Assembly: GCA_963677495.2 (NCBI GenBank)
Contig: CAXXOU010000003.1
Coordinates: forward strand, 416,001 to 480,000
DNA: 64,000 nt
Direction: 5' to 3'
From: Candidatus Cloacimonadales bacterium
GTDB lineage: Bacteria; Cloacimonadota; Cloacimonadia; Cloacimonadales; JAFGVF01
The notes under the pieces were generated by a model. The model did no database searches and had not been told where the DNA came from. It saw nothing but the letters and a program-made list of their open reading frames with translations. Positions 18,823 to 29,024 of this stretch are shown here, piece by piece (within the stretch, counting starts at the first letter, position 1; each line of letters begins with the position of its first letter). The translations under genes and the position numbers were made by a program.

Positions 18823-19563
18823 ATGCAGTTAAGAATTCTTGGGTCTGGTTCCGGGTTACCTGTAGTTGGCAAGGGACAAGCAGCTATATTAGCTGAAATG
18901 AGCATTGGTAATATTCTTTTTGACTGTGGTGAAGGAACTACATATAAACTTCTTGAACTGGAGTTTTCTCCGGATTATCTTGATGTGGTTGTGATTAGCC
19001 ACATGCATCCTGATCATGCTAGTGGTTTACCTATGCTTCTGCAGATGCTATATCTACAAAAAAGAACTAAACCCTTAACAGTCTATGTCCCTGAAGATAG
19101 AGAACGACTGTTAAGGATTCTACGTGACTTTTATCTGTTTGAAGACAAGTTTCATTTTGAATTAGCTATAAAAGAGATGAATGAGATTAGTGATGATTTT
19201 AACCAGATAAAAGCAATTAAAAATGAACATTTAATAGGTTATACATCACTTATTAAGCAATATCAACTGGATAATTCAATGAACTCATTCTCTTTCTTAA
19301 TAAGTGATGGTGGTAGAAAGTTGATATACAGTTCTGATGTTCCTGACTTAAAACATTTAAGCAAATACATAAATGATGTCGATTGTGTGATTGTAGATGC
19401 AATCCATACAACTTTAGAAGAGATTAAGAGTCTATGTGAGACCAGGATAAAAAGGATAATCCTTAATCATGGTATTACGGAAGAAATCGAACAATATATA
19501 ACTACAAGCAAGAATAATGGGGTCGAAATAGCAAATGAAGGTGAAATTATTAGTTGTACTTAG
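18823..19563 (+). CDS. Metallo-beta-lactamase fold hydrolase, RNase Z-like
   Basis: LGSGSG, LFDCGEG, SHMHPDH, YSSD. Confidence 0.8.
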   Translation: MQLRILGSGSGLPVVGKGQAAILAEMSIGNILFDCGEGTTYKLLELEFSPDYLDVVVISHMHPDHASGLPMLLQMLYLQKRTKPLTVYVPEDRERLLRILRDFYLFEDKFHFELAIKEMNEISDDFNQIKAIKNEHLIGYTSLIKQYQLDNSMNSFSFLISDGGRKLIYSSDVPDLKHLSKYINDVDCVIVDAIHTTLEEIKSLCETRIKRIILNHGITEEIEQYITTSKNNGVEIANEGEIISCT

Positions 19564-20941
19564 TTTCCTGATAATAGTTATTACCGGTTGTGAAAGAAAT
19601 AGACTGGCAACAGTTGAAACCATATATAACAAAGAGAAGTATATATCAGCAGTTCTAGCTTATGATGACTTCCTTCGTTATGCGAAGAATGGAGCATATC
19701 GAACTGAAGCAGAGATGTTTCGATCCGAAAGCTATTTGGAACTTGCAAAACTAGCACTAGAGAAAGAAAATTACGTCTTCGCTGAAAGATTAGCCATTCT
19801 AGCAAATTCAGATGAAGCAGATATTCTTCTTGCTGAAGCATACTACAAACAAGCCGAAGAGAGTTTTGGTCAAAAGGATAATGAAACCGGATGGGATTAT
19901 CTAAAAAGAATAGTTGATGTTGTTCCTACTTCTAAGTACGTACCGGAAATACTATTCAGACGTATAGAATATGATATAGATCGGACACAATCCTATAAGA
20001 AGTCTTTGCCTAATTATATGGAACTGTATAATCATTTTCCTGATTCTAACTATGAAGTATCTGCGAGAGCATTAATGGCTGGATTTGTCATTAATTTCAT
20101 CAAAGATGCTTACACAATGAGAGACGAAGTTGATGCAGATAAGGGACTTGATTTTCTTTTCGAGATAGAAAAGTATCCTATCGGAAAGAATGATGATATA
20201 TACCTAACGATATCTCATCTCTATGAAGAAAAAGCAGATTTAAATATCAGGTTCGAAAAATATCTTATAGCTAGAGAGCAATTTAATCTTGCAATGGAGT
20301 ATGCACCAAGCGAGAAAGAACGAATAAAAGAGAAGCTTGTAATGTATGCCGAAAGTTTCATAAATCGTGGAAATGAGATGGTTTCATATCGTAAATTTGA
20401 AAATGCAATCACATTATACCAAATGGCTTTTTTAATAATTCCGGATTACGAACCTGCAGCAAAGAGGATTGCTGAAATAAATGATACAATTGATGCTGTA
20501 GCTTATGCTAGAACATTGATAGACAAAGGAATATCGTTTGAAAATCTAAGAGAATATTCCAAAGCTATTCCGCTTTATGAAGAAGCATACGGTTTGGACC
20601 CTTTACCTGAATACAAAGAACGTCTTACTGTTGCAAAAAACCTGAAAAAAGCTGAGGAAAATCCGATAGAATTCGTCTCAAAAATTCTTAGAGATTACAA
20701 GAAAGGCATTTTAGATAAAAAGATTAATAGAAAGATTACTTACCTAAAAACACAGTATGAAGAGGGTGAAGTATCGGTAAGTGACTGGAAGATTATGAGA
20801 TCAACCGGACGCTATAAGTATGAAGTAAGATATGATATCTTCACTCCTGGAAGAGATTTCTTCTATGTTTGGCAAGTAAGTGTTAAAGAAAAGACAATTT
20901 TACCACTAAACAAAATTTCAGAATCACTGATGAAGGAGTAG
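19535..20941 (+). CDS. TPR-repeat lipoprotein
   Basis: Lipobox ITGC; helical TPR-like repeats (FPDSNY, AITLYQMAF, AIPLYEEAYGLDP). Confidence 0.65.
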   Translation: MKVKLLVVLSFLIIVITGCERNRLATVETIYNKEKYISAVLAYDDFLRYAKNGAYRTEAEMFRSESYLELAKLALEKENYVFAERLAILANSDEADILLAEAYYKQAEESFGQKDNETGWDYLKRIVDVVPTSKYVPEILFRRIEYDIDRTQSYKKSLPNYMELYNHFPDSNYEVSARALMAGFVINFIKDAYTMRDEVDADKGLDFLFEIEKYPIGKNDDIYLTISHLYEEKADLNIRFEKYLIAREQFNLAMEYAPSEKERIKEKLVMYAESFINRGNEMVSYRKFENAITLYQMAFLIIPDYEPAAKRIAEINDTIDAVAYARTLIDKGISFENLREYSKAIPLYEEAYGLDPLPEYKERLTVAKNLKKAEENPIEFVSKILRDYKKGILDKKINRKITYLKTQYEEGEVSVSDWKIMRSTGRYKYEVRYDIFTPGRDFFYVWQVSVKEKTILPLNKISESLMKE

Positions 20942-20945
20942 GGAA

Positions 20946-21527
20946 ATGAAAAAAGTATCGTTAGTAATTATTCTGATTGTTTGTTTGAACATAATTTTAG
21001 CAAATGAGTTTGATATAAACGAGTTCACTAATCCCTACAAATACAACTGGGAAAACTATGAACAACGAATTAGTCATAGGATTGATAGAGAGGAAAGGCA
21101 AGAACTGCTACAGATCTACAATATGAACAAACAATCAATCACATCTAACATGATCAAATCAGCCTTTGTCCCGGGATGGGGACAGATTTCTGCCCATAGT
21201 TATATTCGTGGGCAGGTGATATTAGGCGTTGAGATAGTCGCTTTAGGAGGATGTCTTTTCCTTTATACGCGTGCAATGGATAAGTATGATAAATACAAGA
21301 ATGCAACTCAGGTTGATGAAATTAATTCTCTTTATGATGAGGCATTGGAACCATACACATTATCTATGGCACTGTTAGGTCTTTATGGTCTGGTTTGGGG
21401 TTACAATCTCTATGATTCAGCTCAATCTACTGAAGGTTATAATGCTCAGTTATGGAATAAGCTATTGAAAGATAATGCTTCAAGACGAATACTATTAACA
21501 CCTACCGGAATAGAATTGAGGTTTTAA
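20946..21527 (+). CDS. Membrane/exported protein (DUF5683-like)
   Basis: Signal peptide; SAFVPGWGQI motif; WGYNLYDS. Confidence 0.55.
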   Translation: MKKVSLVIILIVCLNIILANEFDINEFTNPYKYNWENYEQRISHRIDREERQELLQIYNMNKQSITSNMIKSAFVPGWGQISAHSYIRGQVILGVEIVALGGCLFLYTRAMDKYDKYKNATQVDEINSLYDEALEPYTLSMALLGLYGLVWGYNLYDSAQSTEGYNAQLWNKLLKDNASRRILLTPTGIELRF

Positions 21528-21943
21528 TGAAGAAGTTAATAATGTTATTGATTGTATGCACGTTGTTTATTGCATGCTCACTAAAAGAAGATAATCCTTT
21601 GCACAATAAGAAAGCTCCATCAGTTATTATTTCAGATAATTGGTCTGTTACTCAGAGAAGCGGAGTACTGGTCGTAAGCTGGAATCCACTTGATATGATG
21701 GATTGTGATGGTTATTATATTTATAGAAGTCTATCACATAGTGGTCAATACGTGCGCTTAATAGATAACCCTACAAATGTTAATGGACCTGGTATACCTA
21801 ATAGTGCTGTTGAAGAGCTAGAGTTTGAGGACCATGATGTCATTAGTGGTATCTATTACTATTATAAGATTTCAGGATATAGAATTTATAGTGAAGGAGT
21901 ATTGGAAGGTTCCATTAGTGAGCCTAAGTCCGGTAGAATGTAA
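21527..21943 (+). CDS. Small lipoprotein with fibronectin type III-like domain
   Basis: Lipobox FIAC; VVSWNP, GYYIYRS, YYYKISGY. Confidence 0.6.
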   Translation: MKKLIMLLIVCTLFIACSLKEDNPLHNKKAPSVIISDNWSVTQRSGVLVVSWNPLDMMDCDGYYIYRSLSHSGQYVRLIDNPTNVNGPGIPNSAVEELEFEDHDVISGIYYYYKISGYRIYSEGVLEGSISEPKSGRM

Positions 21944-21945
21944 TA

Positions 21946-24117
21946 ATGCATCCAATCTTACAGAATCTAAATCCAGAACAACAAGAGGTAGTTACTACAA
22001 CTGAAGGTCCATTATTAGTACTTGCAGGTGCAGGTAGTGGTAAGACCAGGTCAGTTATACACCGGGCCGCTTATCTTATTTTAGAAAAGAATATTGCTCC
22101 TTGGAATATATTAATAGTAACATTTACCAATAAAGCTGCCCATGAACTTCAGGAACGACTTGAAGCACTAGTTAGAATCAACACTCAAAATCTATGGGTA
22201 GGGACTTTTCACTCTGTTTGCTTAAGAATATTGAGACGAGAATCAGAGTTGTTACCTTTCGCAACGAGAAACTTTACAATATATGATGCTGATGACCAGA
22301 AAGCATTGCTTAAAAAACTCTATAAGACACTACAGGTAGATCCCAAACTATTCAATGTAGGGAAAGTACTGAACCTTATATCAAAGCAAAAAAACAACTT
22401 GATGATGCCGAAAGACTTAGAAGTAGATATGAGCAATCCATTCTTGCGAACATTCAAGAATGTATATACTGAGTATCAAAAGCATTTAGTAGCTAACGCT
22501 GCTGTCGATTTTGATGACATAATGATATATACTTACAATATACTCAAAAACCACAAAGATATTAGAGAAAAGTACAATCGTATGTTCCCATATGTGATGG
22601 TGGATGAATATCAGGATACAAATTACCTACAGTTCATGCTTATTAAGTTACTTGCAGCAGGGAAACTAAACCTCTGTGTTGTCGGTGATGATGACCAAGC
22701 AATATACAGCTGGCGTGGAGCTACAATACGAAACATCCTTGGTTTTGAGCAAGACTTCAAGGATGCAAAGATAGTCCGATTAGAGCAAAATTATAGATCT
22801 ATTCTACCAATCTTGAAAGTAGGCAATGCTTTGATTGAGAAGAATAGTTCAAGACATCCAAAAGAACTAAGAACAGAGATTCATGGAGAGCAAAAACCTT
22901 TCTACAAAGTCTTAGATCGTGATATCGATGAAGCTAAATACGTTGCCGATAGTATACTACAAAAAGCTGAGAACGTATACAAATCATGGCAGAGTTTTGC
23001 TGTACTATATAGAACCAACTCGCAATCTAGACTTTTCGAGTCCATCTTTATGGAGCATGGTGTTCCATATACTTTAGTTGGTACAGTGAACTTCTACCAA
23101 AGAAAAGAAATAAAGGATATTTTAGCATATTTTAGAGTCATGGTAAATCCCTTTGATACTGAAAGTTGCTTAAGAATTATAAATAATCCCACCAGAGGTA
23201 TTGGCAATAAATCTATTAGCACATTAATTTCCTATGCAGCCAATCAAAAACTTTCTCTATATGATAGCATTCTACGGTTAGATGAATCTGCGAACTTAAG
23301 CAAATCTATTATTAAGAAAGTAATACCATTTAGAGATTTGCTCCTCTCATGGCAGAAACAGAGAGAAGAGGAGACTTTAAAAACATTTATTCGCAATGTT
23401 ATCACTGACTTAGGATTTATAAAAAAATATAATTCAACCAACGATCCTCAAGACTTATCTCGAGTTGAAAATATTAAAGAATTTCTTAATTCTGTTGACG
23501 AATACTGTGAAAGATACAAAAATGAGACTGGCGAAGAAGCTGTTCTTGAAGACTTTATACAAAACATAAGTCTACAAACTAATGTTGATAGAATGGCAGA
23601 CAAAAATAATTCAGTCAAACTGATGACACTTCACAATGCCAAAGGTTTAGAGTTTGATGTTGTCTATATTGTCGGAATTGAAGAAGATTTGCTTCCTCAT
23701 GCAATGTCCACCGGGAGCGAAAGCGAAGTGGAGGAGGAACGACGCTTGTTCTATGTTGGAATAACTAGAGCAAAGAAAGAGCTAATCATGACAAGATGTG
23801 ATTTAAGACGTTCCTATGGTTCATTGAATGCCAGCATGGAAAGTAGATTTATAAGTGATATACCAGATAGCTTAATCGAAAAAGAAAGTTCTTTTTCATA
23901 CCCTATTATCTCTAAAAGAAGAAGGAGTACGCGACCGAAAATTGTTCTGGAAAGTGAGAAGTTATTTAAGGTTGGCCAAAAAGTCCGTCATGAGGAGTAT
24001 GGCGAAGGTGTAATCTTGAGTGTTGACGGTAAGGATATTTCAGCTATATTAACTATATCCTTTAATACCGGAGACCTGAAAAAGATTAAAGGTTCTTACA
24101 TTGAATTAGTACTTTAA
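21946..24117 (+). CDS. pcrA: ATP-dependent DNA helicase PcrA/UvrD
   Basis: LAGAGSGKT, VTFTNKAA, VDEYQDTN, VGDDDQAIY, LEQNYRS, TLHNAKGLEF, EERRLFYVGITRA; C-terminal Tudor-like domain. Confidence 0.93.
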   Translation: MHPILQNLNPEQQEVVTTTEGPLLVLAGAGSGKTRSVIHRAAYLILEKNIAPWNILIVTFTNKAAHELQERLEALVRINTQNLWVGTFHSVCLRILRRESELLPFATRNFTIYDADDQKALLKKLYKTLQVDPKLFNVGKVLNLISKQKNNLMMPKDLEVDMSNPFLRTFKNVYTEYQKHLVANAAVDFDDIMIYTYNILKNHKDIREKYNRMFPYVMVDEYQDTNYLQFMLIKLLAAGKLNLCVVGDDDQAIYSWRGATIRNILGFEQDFKDAKIVRLEQNYRSILPILKVGNALIEKNSSRHPKELRTEIHGEQKPFYKVLDRDIDEAKYVADSILQKAENVYKSWQSFAVLYRTNSQSRLFESIFMEHGVPYTLVGTVNFYQRKEIKDILAYFRVMVNPFDTESCLRIINNPTRGIGNKSISTLISYAANQKLSLYDSILRLDESANLSKSIIKKVIPFRDLLLSWQKQREEETLKTFIRNVITDLGFIKKYNSTNDPQDLSRVENIKEFLNSVDEYCERYKNETGEEAVLEDFIQNISLQTNVDRMADKNNSVKLMTLHNAKGLEFDVVYIVGIEEDLLPHAMSTGSESEVEEERRLFYVGITRAKKELIMTRCDLRRSYGSLNASMESRFISDIPDSLIEKESSFSYPIISKRRRSTRPKIVLESEKLFKVGQKVRHEEYGEGVILSVDGKDISAILTISFNTGDLKKIKGSYIELVL

Positions 24118-24127
24118 GAGAGATAAT

Positions 24128-25084
24128 ATGAAAAAGATAATAATAATACTGTTAGTAGTGCTGGTAACAAGCACTCTTTTAGCCGATAAATATGCTGGAG
24201 AAATCTTTAGACTTCGTGCCGGAGTTAGAAACTATGCTCTTGGCAATACAGGAGTAACTGACTATAACACAACAGCTACAGCTGTTCGCAATCCTGCATT
24301 AATTCCATTCAATAATACATTTAATGCTGAGTTTATGCATGCTGAAGAGTATGATGGCTTACTCAAATATGATACAATTAGTTTTAATGGTAACTCAAAT
24401 CTGCCATTCTCAGCTGTACTCACTAGAATTGGAATCAATGACATTCCTATTACTAAGCTTGAAGATGAGGATGGAGAGCTATCTTCAATCAATAAACCAT
24501 ATGTTGATAGATATGTAGATAATAGTGATTACATCCTCTATTTCGGATATGGTCGTGTGATTAATGATAAGTTCTCAATTGGTGTTACTCCAAAGCTGGC
24601 TTACAGAGATTTAGCCGAAGAAAACGGTTATGGCTTCGGAATTGATCTTGGACTTCTATATAAATTCAATAATGATTTTACAGGGGGACTAAAGTTTAAC
24701 GATGCTTTCACCACACAAATAATCTGGGCAGATGCTGATAACGAATTAGTTATGCCATCAGCTGATCTAGAGTTTAGCTATGCAAAAAAACTATCAAAGA
24801 AAGGTTTAGATTCATTTAGACTTATAGCAATGACAGAGATAATATCTGATTTCCCTGAAGATGATATAACAGCTCAGATGGGAGACTTGGGTTTAGATTT
24901 CCATGCAGGTATTGAATATGCTCCAGTGGAAACTCTCCAAGTGCTTCTTGGATATGATGTAGATAATATCACTGCAGGTTTAGGTTTTCAATATAATAAC
25001 TACATGATTACTTATGCTTACGAGCATGAGATAGAGGAAGATTTAGACAATTCACATAGAATCTCCGCCGGAGTTAAGTTTTAA
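24128..25084 (+). CDS. PorV/PorQ-family outer membrane beta-barrel
   Basis: Signal peptide; AGVRNYALGN...NPA; GFGIDLG; C-terminal HRISAGVKF. Confidence 0.7.
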   Translation: MKKIIIILLVVLVTSTLLADKYAGEIFRLRAGVRNYALGNTGVTDYNTTATAVRNPALIPFNNTFNAEFMHAEEYDGLLKYDTISFNGNSNLPFSAVLTRIGINDIPITKLEDEDGELSSINKPYVDRYVDNSDYILYFGYGRVINDKFSIGVTPKLAYRDLAEENGYGFGIDLGLLYKFNNDFTGGLKFNDAFTTQIIWADADNELVMPSADLEFSYAKKLSKKGLDSFRLIAMTEIISDFPEDDITAQMGDLGLDFHAGIEYAPVETLQVLLGYDVDNITAGLGFQYNNYMITYAYEHEIEEDLDNSHRISAGVKF

Positions 25085-26236
25085 GTGTCGATCAAACTCA
25101 AGATTGCTATTGCCGGTATAACAGGCTCGATTGGCTCATCAGCAATTAAGATTGTACGTGAGCACAGTGACGATTTCGAGATTGTATTAGCAACTGCACA
25201 TAGCAATAGTGACAAACTTCAAACTCTATGTAACGAGTTTAATATTGATAAACTAGTTTTGACCGGTAGGCAAAAACCTACCGGTTCTTCTCTTCCTAAT
25301 AACACCTATTATGGAGCGGATGAGCTCTATACTCTCATCTATGATATTGATTATGATATATTCCTTAATGCTATGCCAGGGTCAAATGGACTCCTAACGT
25401 CGTATCATGTACTTAGAGCAGGTAGAAAACTAGCACTAGCTAACAAAGAATCATTAGTACTTGGTGGGCATCTTCTTACTGAAATGGCTAAAGCGAATGG
25501 GAATATTATACTCCCAGTTGATAGTGAACACAGTGCGCTACTCCAAGCAATTGGCAATCACAGAAATGATGAGATAAGAAAGCTACATATCACAGCATCA
25601 GGTGGAGCTTTTAGAGACTTACCTCTAAATGAATTTAAACATATAACCTTCAAAGACGCTACTCAGCATCCAGTCTGGGATATGGGAATAAAAGTTACTA
25701 TAGATTCTGCTACGATGATGAATAAAGGCTTGGAATGCATTGAAGCTAAGTGGCTCTTTAATATCGACTATGATAGAATCGATGCAATCATACATCCCCA
25801 ATCAATCATTCATTCTATGGTGGAGTTCATTGATGGTTCTATTCTCGCTCAAATGAGTAATCCATCCATGGAGCTACCTATACTTTACGCTTTTAGCTAT
25901 CCTAATCGTATTGAATCCGACAATGTTAAAACTAATCTACTTCAAATGTCTGACCTTACATTCAAGGAAGTAGATTTCAAAAGATACCCTCTCTTCAAGC
26001 TTGCCCTTGAAGTTGCAAAATCAGGTGGAATTCTTCCAACTGTTATGAATGCAGCGAATGAGGCAGCTTTAGCACTGTTTGAGCAAAACAGCCTCAGTTT
26101 TGTTGATATTTTCACAGTAGTGGATAGAACTGTCCAACAGATTGAGAATATCTCTTATCCTGAGCTGGAAACAATTCTTGACTATAACACAAAAGCATTC
26201 AATTTAGCCTTGGAGATTGGCAAGAAAATCAATTAA
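25085..26236 (+). CDS. dxr: 1-deoxy-D-xylulose-5-phosphate reductoisomerase
   Basis: TGSIG, LALANKESLV, LPVDSEHSA, TASGG, HPVWDMG, DSATMMNKGLE, NAANE; GTG start. Confidence 0.95.
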   Translation: MSIKLKIAIAGITGSIGSSAIKIVREHSDDFEIVLATAHSNSDKLQTLCNEFNIDKLVLTGRQKPTGSSLPNNTYYGADELYTLIYDIDYDIFLNAMPGSNGLLTSYHVLRAGRKLALANKESLVLGGHLLTEMAKANGNIILPVDSEHSALLQAIGNHRNDEIRKLHITASGGAFRDLPLNEFKHITFKDATQHPVWDMGIKVTIDSATMMNKGLECIEAKWLFNIDYDRIDAIIHPQSIIHSMVEFIDGSILAQMSNPSMELPILYAFSYPNRIESDNVKTNLLQMSDLTFKEVDFKRYPLFKLALEVAKSGGILPTVMNAANEAALALFEQNSLSFVDIFTVVDRTVQQIENISYPELETILDYNTKAFNLALEIGKKIN

Positions 26237-26268
26237 TAACCTAATCTCCTGAACCATAGGAGGAGATT

Positions 26269-27075
26269 ATGGTAGATAACAAAACAATCAGACAAGCGAA
26301 TCGCAAAGCCTGGAACGAGGTTATGCCCTATCACCGTAAAGCCAAAGATGAAGAATGGGATAAAGAGTTTTCCAATTCTGATTTTATTATCCAAGATAAA
26401 ATTGAACTGGAAGCACTTAAAAAGCTCAATATTATTGATAAAAACATTGTGCATCTTTGTTGCAATAACGGTCTTGAACTTCTTTCTCTTAAACGTTTAG
26501 GAGCTGGTAGATGTGTAGGCTTTGATATTGCAGATGAAGCTATCAAAGATGGTAATAGAAGAGCTGAGAAGTTTTCTATTCCTGTAGAATTTTATCAATC
26601 AGATGTATTTGAGATACCAAATGAGTATAATGAGCAATTCGATATTGTCTATATTACAATCGGAGCTTTAGTCTGGTTACCCGATTTAAAAGAGTTCTTC
26701 GCTGTTGCTAACCGGTTACTAAGAGCTAATGGTAAACTCTTCATATACGAATCTCACCCTTTCTCACAAGTTTTACCATGGGATGTAACTGCAGAAACAG
26801 GTGCTCCGGAGATTAAGTATACTTATTTTACTGAAGGCTATCAAGTCTATAATGACGGTATAGATTATTACGGAGGTGCTGACTATGTAAGCGAAGATTG
26901 CTATGAGTTTGAACATACACTAAGCACTATCCTTAATGCCATAATGAGTAATGGCTTTATTATGCAAAGCTTTGATGAGTATTCTCATGACATCTCAAAT
27001 GGATTGAAATGGGTAGAGAGTCTGGATATAATGCTTCCTCTGTCATACATTTTAGTTGCTAAGAAAGTAAAATAA
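26269..27075 (+). CDS. Class I SAM-dependent methyltransferase
   Basis: VHLCCNNG, GFDIAD, FDIVYITIGALVWLPDL, LRANGKLFIYESHP. Confidence 0.85.
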   Translation: MVDNKTIRQANRKAWNEVMPYHRKAKDEEWDKEFSNSDFIIQDKIELEALKKLNIIDKNIVHLCCNNGLELLSLKRLGAGRCVGFDIADEAIKDGNRRAEKFSIPVEFYQSDVFEIPNEYNEQFDIVYITIGALVWLPDLKEFFAVANRLLRANGKLFIYESHPFSQVLPWDVTAETGAPEIKYTYFTEGYQVYNDGIDYYGGADYVSEDCYEFEHTLSTILNAIMSNGFIMQSFDEYSHDISNGLKWVESLDIMLPLSYILVAKKVK

Positions 27076-27098
27076 CTTTTTTTAAAGACTGATTTGAC

Positions 27099-27246
27099 CT
27101 TCATTGCCCTATCATAATAACTAAGTTTTGCTATTCTTTTTCCTGTCTTCTTCAAGGCAGTCTCCTAGTAATCTGAACAGGGATTGCCCAAGAGACTCCC
27201 AGGAGTCAGAGTAGTTTTGTCGCTTTATTATGAGAGTGCAATGAAG
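27099..27246. mobile_element. MITE-like intergenic element (148 bp) with ~22-bp terminal inverted repeats
   Basis: CTTCATTGCCCTATCATAATAA (27099-27120) vs TTATTATGAGAGTGCAATGAAG (27225-27246), 2 mismatches; full-length similarity to copies at 48031 and 60649. Confidence 0.6.
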
Positions 27247-27256
27247 ATTTAATAAG

Positions 27257-27285
27257 AAAAGCCTGCTGATTGCTCAGCAGGCTTT
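27257..27285 (-). terminator. Intrinsic terminator
   Basis: AAAGCCTGCTGA-ttgc-TCAGCAGGCTTT hairpin with U-tract on the minus strand, just after the 27308 stop. Confidence 0.8.
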
Positions 27286-27307
27286 AATCTATTGTCTAAG
27301 CAGTAGT

Positions 27308-29008
27308 TTAGAAGTCAAAGATGAAATTAATATTTCTTTTCTGCTTCTTAGCTTTGATTTTATCAATCTTCAGCTGTTCTTTATCTTTCTCATGATCAAG
27401 AACCATCTGCATAGTTTCTTTCTGATAATCAAGTTTAGCTTTTTCAAGCTCAAGTTGACGCTCTTTTTCTCTTTTCTCAAGAGCAGCTTTTCTTCTCGCA
27501 GTAGCAACAGCAGCAAGCTCTTTTCTGATTTTAGAAACCATTTGAGCAGCCTCTTTAATCTCAGCATCACCGTGTGTTACAGTTGTTAGAACAGCAAGAG
27601 CATCTCTTGGATTACCTGTATTATATAAGTTCTTGGCTTCAGTAAGTCTTTCACGACTGTTTGCAGCAAGAATCTCATCGATATTGGCATCAGCGATCAT
27701 CTCATTAAAGTCACGCTTTTTAATTTTAATTTTGTTATATGATTTCTTGATAGCGTCTTTTTCGTTCTTCTTACTTAATCCCTTAGCTTCAAGTGTGTAG
27801 TTTCCTACAGCCTTGTTGTTATACTTAGTTCTTAATTCAAGAGAAACCTCAGTTGTAACCATTGTCTGCATTGCTGCAGCACCTTCAATCTCTTTCACGT
27901 CGATAACATCAACAATACCTTCAAGTAATAGAGGAGAGTTATCGCTAACGATATAACCAAGCTTAGTTACACCTTTAGAAACCTTATCATATACTTTGGG
28001 CATTCTTCTTCCCTTCGTATCATAAACGTTTAGAGTGAATGAAACAGGAGTCTTTTCAACGATCTTAAACTTAGCAGTGTCTTCGAAACCTTTTGCTTTC
28101 TTAGCATAAGCACGAGGAATTTGATACATACTGATTTTACCACGATATTTACCACGTTCGTCATTACCTAATGCTTTAAGATAAGCTTCGTAACGGCCTT
28201 CTTCATCAGTGAAACCTCGTTCAATTACCTCTTTATCCTGATAGATTGCAACAGGGATATTTGAAAGAGGTACTCTATCGCCCTTCATCTTTGTAGTAAC
28301 TTCAAAAACGATTGGGTTTTGGAGCATTGAACCTGATTTACCAACCTGGTTGTCACCTTCTACAACTTCAATCTTCATGCTTGTAACTAGATTTCTGATT
28401 TCACTATCAACTTTAGCAAAAGTGATAGTCTTATCAAGTTCATAAGGTGTACCGGAAAGGTTATCATAAAGTGATTTCTTTGAGTAGAAAACTGTAATCA
28501 TCTGCTCACAACTAACATAATCTTCAATAGCTGCAACGAGATTACCATCTTCCACAGCAGACTGAGCACTATCATAAAGAGATGTAATAGAATCCCATAA
28601 TGGGTCTAACTCTTCTCTCATAGCTGTTAAGAGCTTATCTTTTTCAAGAACAACAAGAATGTAATGTGAGTTACCTTCCTGTTCTCTCTTAACAATCTCT
28701 GCACCTTTTAAATTACCTTGAACAGTAACTTCGCTGGCACGAGACATAACTTCTGAGAAGAACTCTTCATCATTAATCTGCAAGCTTGATGTAAGAACAG
28801 AAATCTGGTCTTTCACAGTTGTTTCCATCTGACCTGCAATATTAGAGAAGGCATCCATTCTGGCTTCTTCATGAGTTGAACCCATACCACCACCTATGAA
28901 ATAGGCATTGTGAGGATAACCGGCAGCCTGTGGATTATCATACCATACCGGAGCAGCAAAGAGCATTGCTATTCCACATAGCATTAAAATAAGGGTAAGT
29001 TTCTTCAT
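27308..29008 (-). CDS. Exported protein with LPP20-like N-terminal domain and coiled-coil C-terminus
   Basis: Start at 29008 (MKKLTLIL, AGGGG RBS); PVW...YFIGGGMG...EEARMDAFSNIAGQM (LPP20-like); Ig-like VEGDNQVG segment. Confidence 0.55.
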   Translation of the reverse strand: MKKLTLILMLCGIAMLFAAPVWYDNPQAAGYPHNAYFIGGGMGSTHEEARMDAFSNIAGQMETTVKDQISVLTSSLQINDEEFFSEVMSRASEVTVQGNLKGAEIVKREQEGNSHYILVVLEKDKLLTAMREELDPLWDSITSLYDSAQSAVEDGNLVAAIEDYVSCEQMITVFYSKKSLYDNLSGTPYELDKTITFAKVDSEIRNLVTSMKIEVVEGDNQVGKSGSMLQNPIVFEVTTKMKGDRVPLSNIPVAIYQDKEVIERGFTDEEGRYEAYLKALGNDERGKYRGKISMYQIPRAYAKKAKGFEDTAKFKIVEKTPVSFTLNVYDTKGRRMPKVYDKVSKGVTKLGYIVSDNSPLLLEGIVDVIDVKEIEGAAAMQTMVTTEVSLELRTKYNNKAVGNYTLEAKGLSKKNEKDAIKKSYNKIKIKKRDFNEMIADANIDEILAANSRERLTEAKNLYNTGNPRDALAVLTTVTHGDAEIKEAAQMVSKIRKELAAVATARRKAALEKREKERQLELEKAKLDYQKETMQMVLDHEKDKEQLKIDKIKAKKQKRNINFIFDF

Positions 29009-29024
29009 TTGAGAACCCCTTTGT

